Source: Octopus vulgaris
Taxonomy: Eukaryota
Assembly (NCBI GenBank): GCA_951406725.2
Contig: OX597822.1
Coordinates: 46,562,001 to 46,626,000, forward strand
Direction of reading: 5' to 3'
Length of the DNA stretch: 64,000 nucleotides
The position numbers and the translations under genes are program-made. The first letter of the stretch is position 1; every line of letters begins with the position of its first letter. Shown here in pieces: positions 53,401-64,000 of the stretch. Under the pieces are notes generated by a model. It ran no database searches. It saw only the letters and a list, made by a program, of their open reading frames with translations, and was not told where the DNA came from.

Positions 53401-55918
53401 AATGTGTGTGTATCATTTTCTCTTTTATTTGTTTCAGCCATTATACTGAATTTTAGTCAACTGAATCAAACTCTGTACTTTTTTTAAAGCCTGGTACCCA
53501 CTGTATTGCTTTCTTTTGCCGAACCACTAAGTTATGGGAATGTAAACACACCAACACCGGTTGTCAAGTGATGGTGGGGGAATGAACAAAGAGACACACA
53601 TGTAGGACAGGTTTTTTTGAGTTTCTTGCAAGAAGACACTTGCCCAACGTGCCACGCAATGGGACTGAACCCTGAGCCATGTAGTTGGGAAGCAAGCACA
53701 TTACCACACAGCCACAACTCTGTGTGTGTGTTAAGGCACATTGGCATTAATGTTGTTCATTCTATGGCCTTGCCTTTTCTTGAGCAAAATGATATAATGA
53801 ATCCATTACTTTGATGTTACAACCAATGTGTCTGTGGGTGGCGGGGGCATACAATATGTATGTAAGTTTGAGTGTATCTAGAATGCCTTTCCTAATGTCA
53901 TCCATTTTACTCTGAACATGCTGATAAGTGGTGGTGGTGGTGGTGGGGTTAGGAAGCGCTTTCAGCTGTAGAGACCATGCCAAAACTGATACCCTGGTGC
54001 AAGGAGTGGTTCTGTAGCCTGTTGGATCCTGTTTAACCAGTGCCAGCATAGAAAGTGGGAGAAAAATTAATGTTAGTGATGAGGATGGTGTGTGTATTAG
54101 CCTGCCTTCCACAACTTGCTAATATATTCTACAGATTCTCACTTCAATATCTTCATCCTCAAGTATTTCAAAATTATTTTCTTCCCCAACTGCCAGACTT
54201 TCTGCTCATATTCACTGTTATAATGTAGGACGTCATTGGATTTACCTTTCACAACCCATCGTATTCAATATTCTATTATTCTCTCTTTCTCCTCCCTCTC
54301 ACTGGTAAAAATGAAATAAAGATCCTTCCCAAGTCATATAGACACGGAGGGCTTGTTTCTAACATCTGTTTTCCATGTTGGCATGGGTTAGATGGTTTGG
54401 CAGGAGTGGTCCAGACTCCGATTGTCTGTTGTGGCATGGTTTCTACAGCTGGACGCCCTTCCTAATGCTAACCACTTATGCTGACTGCTTTTTATGTGTC
54501 TCCAGCATGGATGCATTTATGCAGCACCGGCATGAGTGCATTTTATGTGGCACCAGCACTTGTAAAGGATGAACCTGTATGTATGGATGACAGCGATTCT
54601 ACTTGTTGCAGGAAATAGTCAGAGTGGGCTTGAGCTGCTTGAAATGAAGTGTTTTGCTCAAGAACACAACACATTGTCTGTCCAGGAATTGAAACCACAA
54701 TCTTACAATCATGAGTCCAACACCCTGACCACTAAGCCACATACCTCCACTCTTTCCACCATCTTTCACTGATCGAACCTTGATACAAATATCCCTTCTC
54801 CTTACTGGTGTTCCTCTCCAAATAGTGCCTGCTCTCTTACTCTCTCCATTGCTACCCTCACACAAAAATAAATCTGTTCCTCTTTCATACTCTTTCTCAT
54901 CATTTTGCCTACAATGTGTCACTCTAATCTTCTTTCAGACATGAGAGCACATTAGGTTCATTAGTTTTGTTAGTTGCAACACAATTTTGCCAGTGCTGGT
55001 GGCACCAAGTACAAAATTAATAAAAAAGATTAAAAGAACAGACATTTTGTGAAATTATTGGCATTTTGAGGGCCATCGAGCCATAGAAATCCTATCCAAA
55101 AACTGAGACAAGGGAATGTCGGCAGCCCTCCAACTCCTTCAATTCTGTCACTATTTAACCTATGCTGGCATGGAAAATGAATGTAAATGAGGATGTGTAT
55201 GTGTATATCATTGTCATTTAATGTCTGCCTTCCATGCTGGCATGGGTTTGACGGTTTGACTGAGGGCTGGTGAGCCAGAAGGCTGTACCAGGCTTCACTC
55301 CGATCTGGCAATGTTTCTACAGCTGGATGTCCTTCCTAACACCAACCACTCCGAGAGTGTAGTGGGTGCTTTTTACGTGCCACCGGCACAAGGGCCAGTC
55401 TGGCGGTACTGGCATTGGCCGTGCTTGAATGATATTTTTTATGTGCCACCTGAATGGACCAGTTAGCCAGTATATATATGTATGTATGTTTGTGTACTTA
55501 CATATAGATTTCAAGCAACAGGTTTATATGTATGTAAATATGTTATATATATGTGTGTATGCACACACACACACCATATTTCTTTGTCATGGTTTTACAA
55601 TCTTTTTTTCCCATATTTGCATGGGTCATATGAGAGTACATTGGGACTAGATATTTTTATAGCCAGATACTTTTCCTGACACCTGAAGGTTAGCAGCAGG
55701 AAGGGCATCCAGCTGTAGACTGTAGAAAATCTACCTCATTGAATTCCATCTGGCCCATGCAAGCATGGGAAAATGGATATTTAAATGACGATGTATATGT
55801 GCAAGTATGTTGTATATTATGTGTGTATGCACGTACACACACACAGTTGTGCATATGTGTATGTATAAGTGTATTTATATAATAGTATGTATGTTTATAA
55901 CTATATGTATACATGTGT

Positions 55919-57521
55919 CCTAGCAAGACCACTGCAGTTCCTCTTTCAGAGCTTCCTTGCAGCTGGCAAACTTCCAGGAAAACTGAAGGAAGGTAAAATA
56001 TGCCCCATTCATAAAGGAGGTAGCAGAGCGGAAGCCAAGAACTATAGACCTATCTCTCTGACCTCACACATCAGCAAGGTCATGGAACGAATAGTCAGAA
56101 GGAAGCTGATCACCTTCCTTGAAGAGAATGACTTGCTGCCCGACACCCAACATGGTTTCCCAGGGAGAAGCTGTTTAACTCAGCTCCTACAACACTATGA
56201 CTGGGTGCTGAAACGGCTGCTCAACCACTCAAATGTGGAAGTGATATATCTCGACTTTGCAAAGGCCTTTGATAAAGTCGATCATGGAATGATATGTCAC
56301 AAACTGCGTGATCTCAACATAGTTGGAAAACTGGGAGAATGGCTTCATGACTTTCTGAAGGATAGAAGTCAGGTGGTAGTAGCCAATGGGGCCACCTCCA
56401 TTAACACACAAATAGTGAGCGGTGTTCCGCAGGGCACTGTTCTGGGACCACTACTGTTCATAATGGCCCCTCTCAGACATGCCCTCAGCCACGCAGAGAG
56501 CCACGATCACAAGTTATGCAGATGATACAAAAGTTTCACAGGCAATACAGAACCCTGAGGACACTAAACACCTGCAATGTGAGCTGGACGAAATATACAA
56601 GTGGGCTGAAAAGAATAGCATGCAGTTCAATGCTGGAAAGTTTCAAGCTTTATACTATCAGCATGCAAAACTGAATGCAATACCCAATGAATACACTGGA
56701 CCCGGAGGGATTGCAATCCCAGAGGCACAATCAGTGCGTGACCTGGGTATTCACATGAGTGATGACGCGACCTTTCATGTACATGTTGCTAAACTGACAA
56801 TGAAATGTAGACGGCTGGCTGGATGGATTCTTAGAACCTTTAGAACAAGAGAACAAGAAACCATGATGGTCCTCTGGAAGACACTTGTCCTAAGCCACTT
56901 TGACTATTGCTCTCAGCTATGGTCACCATCCAGTGTCAAGTTGATCACAGAACTTGAGGCGATCCAACGAAGCTACACAAAGAAGATAGCCTCTATGCAG
57001 AATGTAAGCTACTGGGAAAGACTCAAGAGATTAAAATTATATTCCCTGGAGCGTAGGCGGGAAAGATATGCCATAATATACATCTGGAAGATCCTGGAGG
57101 GAAATGTCCTGAACTTTGGCATCGAGAGTTACGCAAATGCCAGAACTGGGCGCCACTGCGTCGTGCCTAGGACTCCAAACCTGCCATCAAGATGTAGGAC
57201 AAGATACTGTGATAGCCTGGGCTTCCGAGGCCCACAGCTCTTCAATATCCTCCCGAAGAACCTGAGAGACCTGCATGGGGTGGATACAGATGTCTTTAAA
57301 ATGAAGCTGGATCTCTTCCTGTCAGGTGTCCCAGATGAACCAACTTCACGGCAGGAGGGGCAGATGAGGGCAGCTGCATCGAACTCTCTCATGCACCAAA
57401 TAGCAGCTGCTAGAAAGCCTCCATGAAGTGAAACCAAGTAGCAACACAAAATGGCGGTGCCCCAGCATGGCCACAGCTCATAAGCTGAAACTAGAATCAA
57501 TCAATCAATCAATCAATCAAT
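55919..57521 (+). mobile_element. Young 5'-truncated CR1/L2-group LINE (RT + C-terminus)
   Basis: NYRPISLTS, YLDFAKAFDKVDH, SGVPQGTVLGPLLF, YADDTK and YWERLKRLKLYSLERRR. One frameshift at ~56470, an (AATC)n tail, and candidate TSD CATGTGT at 55912-55918 / 57522-57528. Confidence 0.9.
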
Positions 57522-58505
57522 CATGTGTGATGTGTGGTTCAGAAGTTTGCTTCCCAATTACATGGTTTTATGTTCAATTAACACCTTGGGCAAGTGTCTT
57601 CTACTATACAAGGAAACTGAAATATGTGAGTGTGTGTGCATGTATATGTATATATATGAAGTTCTGTATATATGTAAATGTCTGTGTATGTAGTCTAAAT
57701 ATGTATGTATATATTTGTGTATGTATAGTCGATATATATATATATATATATATACCTTTGGCATTATGTCATGCTTGAGAAGAAGACCCATCAAGCCAAG
57801 CAAAATCACAGTTGTGGCAGATATCGGTGTCATGCAAATATCACCTGTGCCGTTGGCATGTAAAAGCACCCATTATACTCTTGGAGTGGTTGGCATTAGA
57901 AAGAGCATCCAGCCATAGAAAACATGCCCAAATCAGGCTGGAGTCTGGTGCAGCCTCTCATCTTACCAGTCCAGGTCAAACCGTCCAAATCATGCCAGCA
58001 TGGACAATGGATGTTAAATGATGATGATGATTGTGTGTGTGTGTGTGTGTATTTTGACACAGTGCAATCATTTTGAAGAAGCCTCACTGTAACAGAAGTG
58101 GTGTCATTCCTTCCCTTCTATGAAACGATGTTTAGCCATGGAGAAATATCACCTTGCTTGGAAATCAGGTTGGTGATAGGAGCAAGTATATTTGACTGGA
58201 AAATCTGCTTCATTGAAACTCCTCTCAGTAATACAAGCATGTAAGAGTGGATGTTAAAAAACACGGCAGAGGATTTTTTATCTTGTTTTTGTCTTTGGAT
58301 TATGGCCATGCTGGGGCACTGCCTTGAAGAAGAATTTTTAGTCGAATGAATCGATATCCCCCACCCCCGGGCAGTGCATTTTCTTCTTTAAGCCTGATAC
58401 TTATCCTATCAGTCTTTTTGCCAAACCACTAAGTTACGGAGACATAAGCACACCAACACCAGTTGCTAAGCAGTGGTGGGACACACATATTTGTGTGTGT
58501 GTGTA

Positions 58506-58552
<47 letters not shown>

Positions 58553-59589
58553 CAGGTTTCTTTCAGTCTCTTGTCTACCAAATCCACTCACAAGGCTTTG
58601 GTTGGCCCAAGGCTATTGTAGAAGACAAGTTGCCAAGGTGCCACACAATGGGATTGAACCTGGAACCTTGTGGTTGGGAAACATCATCATCCAATAGCCT
58701 GTGCCTTTCAGGTGATGATGTGTATGCATATATTTGTGTATGTATGTTACTTTCAATTCAAACAAAAATCTGATGACGTTTTTAATTTATTTATGATGAA
58801 ATTGTCATTCTCAACAACACTTTTCCCACTTGGTAACCTTGACTATCTCTAAAATAAACAAGCACATTGAATCCACTCCTAATTCCAAACAAAACATAGA
58901 CACACTTATTTACATAGTTATGAAAACTTAAACATAGATAAAACAAAATCCCCACTACTCAATCTGTGACTAGTGACCCTAGGAATAAAAGTAGGTGTGG
59001 TGACCTAACATCCTTGACCTCGTAATCTAAAATTAAATGTATAAAGAAAACTAGTTCTAACTCGAGACAAAGTAAAACTAACCATTCAAAGAATAACAGA
59101 TGGGATGATATGGACTTTACTTATACAAACAGGCACATACATGGCTGTGTGGTAAGAAGCTTGCTTCCAAACCATATGGTTCTGGGTTCAGCCCTACTCT
59201 GTGGCACCTTGGGCAAGTGTTCTCTACTCTAACCTCAAGCTGACCAAAGCCTTCTGAATGGATTTGGTAGAGAGAAACTGAAAGAAGCCTTGCATGTGTT
59301 GTGTGTGTGTGTATTTGTGTCTGTGTTTGCCCACCAGCACTGCTTGACAAGTGGTGTTGGTGTGTTTATGGCCCTGTATCTTAGCTGTTTGGCAAAAGAG
59401 ACTGATAAAATAAGTACTAGGCTGGAAAAGAAATGATTAGTAATGGGGTAAATTTATTCGACTAAAAATTCCTCAAAGCAGTGCCCCAGCATGGCCATAG
59501 CCTAATGACTGAAGCAAATTAAAGAAAAAAACAAAAACAAGCATTAGCATTGAAATAACAGCTCAGTGATCTAAATATGAATGAGACAT

Positions 59590-59805
59590 ATCTTGCAAAG
59601 GAAGGCATTCAATAAAGTTAATCCTGGAATATGTCACAAACTCTGGAATTTCAGCAGAGTTAGGAAACTAAGGGAATAGCTTAATGACATAAAAAGGTAA
59701 ACTTCAGGCACTTCCAGCCAACACTGCTCTCTCAGTGGAGACGTTAGTTCTTAGTGGAGTCACTCAGGGAACTGAATTGGGATTACGACTATTTGCTGTG
59801 GCTTT
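59590..59805 (+). mobile_element. Old RT fragment of the same CR1/L2-group family
   Basis: KAFNKVNPGICHKL and SGVTQGTELGLRLF. Confidence 0.65.
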
Positions 59806-60809
59806 TAATGAGCATCACACTTTCTTTCCTTCCTTCTTGTGTGTCTGTGCGTGTTTATCAAACTCACAACCTTACAATCATGGGCTGAATACCCTAACCA
59901 CTAAGCAACACACATTTCATACATCAGGGGCATAGAATATTGAGAAGTGATGATGTACTAGATTGTGCACATTTGCTGTTGTTGACCAGGTTTCAGCCAA
60001 CTTCTGCAAATTTTGTGCAACTTCCTTCTATGCACGCCTGTAGACATCATGAAAAATCATATCTTAACATATAATGATGCATGTGTGTGTCTGTGTGCTT
60101 GTATTTATACATTTGTGTATGAGTATATATGCATGTGTGTTGGTGTGTTGTCATCATCATCATCATCGTTTAACATCCACTTTCCATACTGACATGAGTT
60201 GGATGGTTTGACTGAGGACCGGCAAGCCAGGAAGCTGCACCAAGCTCCAATCTGATCGGGTAATGTTTCTACAGCTGGATGCTCTTCCTAATGACTACCA
60301 CTCTGAGAGTGTAGTGGTTGCTTTTTACGTGCCACCAGCATGAGGGCCAGTCAGGCAGTACTGGCATCAACAATACTTGAATGGTGCTTTTTACGTGTCA
60401 CCGGCACAGGAGCCAGTTAGGGGACACTGACATCAACCATGTTTGGATGGTGTATGTGTGTGTATCATCATCACCATCATTGTTTAACGTCCATCTTCCA
60501 TGCATATGTATGAATATATGTGTGCATATATGTATGTGTTTGCATGTGTATACACTTATGCATGCACACACAAACATATTTATTTAGAATTGAAGCTGGT
60601 CGTGAAGAATGTAGCAAGCCTCATTTGATTAAATCAAAACAGTTCATGTGTTTTGTGGATATCTGAGTTGTTTGGTATGTTTGTGTGTGTGTGTGTGTGT
60701 GCATGTCTCTTTCATACACAAATGTTTGTGCTTCATTACTGCTTCTGTGTGTGTGTGTTCCATACATACATGTGTGTGTTTCCAACTCAAGACCCTCTGA
60801 TGGAGAATC

Positions 60810-61850
60810 CTTGGAACATTCTGCACTCTCCAAATACAACTAATCAGTTGTATATAGAGAGTGCTTTGTTCTTTTTAGGAGAAACCCAGCATTTCCAGGC
60901 CATTACATAGTCCAGAACACCTAAGACACTGGCTACAAATAAATGTCTGTAGTCTGGATATAAGAGCTATAAGTTTCTCATTAGTTCTTCATTTACTCAG
61001 TTTTAGACAAAACAAATCTGCCAAGCAGCTCATTTCTACACTAGTGCATGACTTTTGTCCTTCCCGCCCCAGAACAGTATCTGCCCTGCTGTGTTTATAA
61101 CAGGTTGCTGTTTTTATTAGAATATTCCATCAACATTATGTTTTTTAATGTCTGGTTCTTGTATGCCTTTGGTACATCCATCAAGACAATCCATCCTGTG
61201 TATAGCATTGTTGCTGGTTTCAGCGATAATGTCATTTTTTATGGGGATGGCAGTTGTATCTTTCAGGCATTTTTGGACAGTTGCAGATGACAAGAGTTGT
61301 ATCTTCCACACTGCTACGACAGTCAGCATTTTCTCTCACATGGAAATCTGGAGGATTTTCTATCACTCTTGTTAACCAGATATTTAGCAGCTATTTTTTT
61401 GTTCTTGGACAGCAGTGGTGTAACCTAAGTGAGATATAATGTATCTCTCATAGGTCATTGTTGCTAGTATTCTCCAGCTTGCAAGGATATGCACCCATGC
61501 ATAACATCCTGCTGCTTTAATGACTAGTTATCTTCCGATTTTCTATTTAAGTCGGTCCAGCTACCTTTGGTGCACAGGGAACAGCTGGCACTCCAAGTAC
61601 CTATTCCAAGAGCTCTTTGCCCAATCTCATCCTATTATTTTCACTATTGAGTATACACATGATGTAATCATTTCTGTCCTTACTGTTAAATGATACTGTG
61701 AGTATCATTTAGACAACACCCAGAGACTGTTTTGACTGAATTTCTACCTCTACTTTCATCATAATGTTTGACATAGATCCTCCAAATATCACTGTTCATA
61801 TGGAAGTTACCAGCAGTTGTATCGTAGATGTGGAATCACCAGTAGTTGTT
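60810..61850 (-). mobile_element. R4/Dong-clade LINE 3' half, decayed
   Basis: Minus-strand peptides GNFHMNSDIWRIYVK, MRLGKELL, TAVQEQ, VEDTTLVICNCPKM and WNILIKTAT...CTSVEMSCLAD (zinc knuckle and RLE region). Confidence 0.7.
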
Positions 61851-62262
61851 AGTATGTATGTAATGTATGTATGTATGAATCGATAATTTTCATCATTTTA
61901 TGTTTGTTTTTCCTTGCTGGCATGGATTAGATGGCTGAACAGGTTCTATTGGATCAGAGGACAATATCTTCTTCCAATGTCTCACTTTTTTTGGCTTGGT
62001 TTTTGCAGCTGGATGCCTTACCTCACTACAGATATTTTACAGTGGGTGCATTTTTTGTGGCAGCTGCACTATACAGATAGCCTTTGCAGCACTCTTTAGC
62101 TATGTGTTGTCACTACCTGACAGTATATACAAAAGCATTCAGGAGACACTTTAGAGTCTACTGGATGCCTCTTTATATACATTGTCAAGCAGTACTTTAC
62201 ATGGCACCAGCACTGGTGGGGGTTGTCCATATGATGGGTTTGAACAGGTTTATTGTTGTATC

Positions 62263-62310
<48 letters not shown>

Positions 62311-63159
62311 GTGTATGTGTATCTATGTATATAATAATAGTTTCAAATGTTGGCACATGTGCATATGCATGTATGTAGATGTTTGTGGGTGTGTATCTGG
62401 CACTCCCTCACACAAACATGCTACTCAAAACCCTTACACATAGACACACGTGCACACATACTTAAGCACATACATACAGACATACACAAAGAAAATATAT
62501 ATATACAGGCTATGTACACATGTAACCCCTCATACACACCTACACATGCACACATTCATGTGCATACCCACAAACATTCTCATTTCAATAAGCACTCTTA
62601 TGTAATTGCTCTTGGAATATTCAATGCAGATGCTGCTATTCCATGGTGCAGTGGGAAGCTGTTGAATTGGTTCCTGAAATGAAGAGGGAACAAAGCCTTG
62701 TATTGTGCAGGAGCATCATCATCATTCATTGTCTGTCTTTTATGTTGATATTGTTTGGACAGTTTGACAACATCCAGTGAATGGAGGAAAGCGTTGCACT
62801 CCAGTATCAGCTTTGGCATGCTTCCTGTAGTTGGATGTCCTTACTAACACCAACCACTTTACAGTGTGTACTGAGTGCTTTCTTTCACGACACTGGCACT
62901 AGTGAGGCCACCAAGTAAGTCACAAGACTAGACCACTTGACTGAGTGGAAGGTCTTATAGAGAATGAGGTAGCTTTATGACAGAAGAACAGAAACAGGTA
63001 TCCTGCGGTAGAGGTGATACTCACCTTGTATCTTGAGGATCCAGTCTGATCCCCCTTATTACCACTATCTTTTCTCTTTCCAGTTCCAGCCCACTCATTC
63101 CCCCACTCCTCTCTTCTATAACATGAGTAGCTGTGTAGTTGCCTTACAGCAAGTAACTT

Positions 63160-63385
63160 ATTTACATTTGACAGATATTTGTCCTCATCTTGTTTGTTGT
63201 TAACACAACGTTTCGGCTGATATACTCTCCAGCCTTCATCAGGTGTCTTGGAGAAATTTCTAACCTGGGTTCTCATTCCTAAGGTATTTTTCGATATTAT
63301 TATTAATTATTCAGGTCACTGCTTGAAATCTTGGGGTTAGTAACTCATGCTCTTAACCACTACACCACATATAGAACTGTATTAA
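63160..63385 (-). mobile_element. tRNA-headed SINE/retrozyme-like element carrying the hammerhead
   Basis: Head TGGTGTAGTGGTTAAGAGC (A box/D arm) with a degenerate B box, an (AAT) linker, then the hammerhead. Flanked by the 10-bp direct repeat CAAGTAACTT (63150-63159 and 63386-63395). Confidence 0.7.
63202..63247 (-). ncRNA. Minimal type I hammerhead ribozyme motif
   Basis: Minus strand reads GACAC-CUGAUGA-A-GGCUG-(GAGAGUAUAU)-CAGCC-GAAA-C-GUU-GUGUU. All core nucleotides are present, with 5-bp stem I, 5-bp stem II, a palindromic AACGUU in place of stem III and a GUU cleavage triplet. Confidence 0.8.
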
Positions 63386-64000
63386 CAAGTAACTTTTTCT
63401 GACTTCATCCATCCTCATGGCACAAAGTTACCCCACTTCTTTATTGTAGCACTACTTGGTCAAAGCAGATCTTACTCTTGAGGCTACATGGCAACCTAAC
63501 TAGTGCTGGTGCCAAGAAGAATGCATCCATAGTACATGCTATAAGATGCAATGGTTGTGCATCACTTTATAGCATCCCCAGAGCCTTTAAGATGAAGTGT
63601 GTAAAGGGTACATCTACGTGCCACTGGCATGGATGCCATTTGCATGACACTGGTATCTGCCGCAACTGATTTTGCTCGCCTTGATGGATCTTCTTCTCAA
63701 GCATGACATAGTGCCAAAGGTTTTGGTCATTGCCTCCATGAGGCCAAACACTTGAAAGGAGCCCAGCCACTTTGCCCCCGTGAATCTCGACACTTGGAAG
63801 GTGCATTTTACAATGCCACTGGTATGGGTGCCAGTAATGTGACACATGTATTAGCCATGACTGATTTCACTTGGCTCAACACATAGACACACACATATAT
63901 ACACTCACATAAGGTGCATGGATCAGTGGTTAGAGCATTGAGCTTATGATTGTGAGGTTGTGTATTTGATTCCCGGACCAGGCTGCGTGTTGTGTTCTTG

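Noticed and set aside
55869-57426. Host protein-coding gene (218-aa and 315-aa ORFs)
   Set aside because: It is a frameshifted, 5'-truncated LINE reverse transcriptase whose apparent start lies in a microsatellite.
58712-58773. C/D box snoRNA (GTGATGA...CTGA)
   Set aside because: The interior is microsatellite-like, with no recognisable rRNA antisense element and a weak terminal stem.

Overview
Eukaryotic, AT-rich, repeat-dominated DNA. The SINE/LINE families and (TA)n/(CA)n microsatellites suggest an octopus (coleoid cephalopod) genome; this is an inference. Two host genes are arranged divergently. (1) INPP1-like inositol polyphosphate 1-phosphatase on the minus strand has three phase-compatible coding exons (7951-8160, 6465-6582, 4823-4969); no later exon was found, so the rest probably lies left of the window. 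(2) CDK12/13-like kinase on the plus strand has a large RS-rich first coding exon (22338-23365) followed by more than 40 kb with no recognisable second exon. A CpG-retaining, TE-poor promoter zone carries a full ZNF143/Staf consensus and two YY1 motifs. The remainder is decayed RTE, CR1/L2-group, R4/Dong and Penelope retroelements, a piggyBac relic, hAT and TTAA-type MITEs, and several SINE families. The most notable non-coding signal is a TSD-flanked ~225-bp element with a tRNA-like head and an intact minimal hammerhead ribozyme core (63160-63385, minus). Two or three further decayed hammerhead motifs occur in Penelope-type termini. Nearly all other ORFs in the track are microsatellite or repeat artefacts. 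All family assignments come from reading motifs by eye, without database searches, and most repeat boundaries are approximate.
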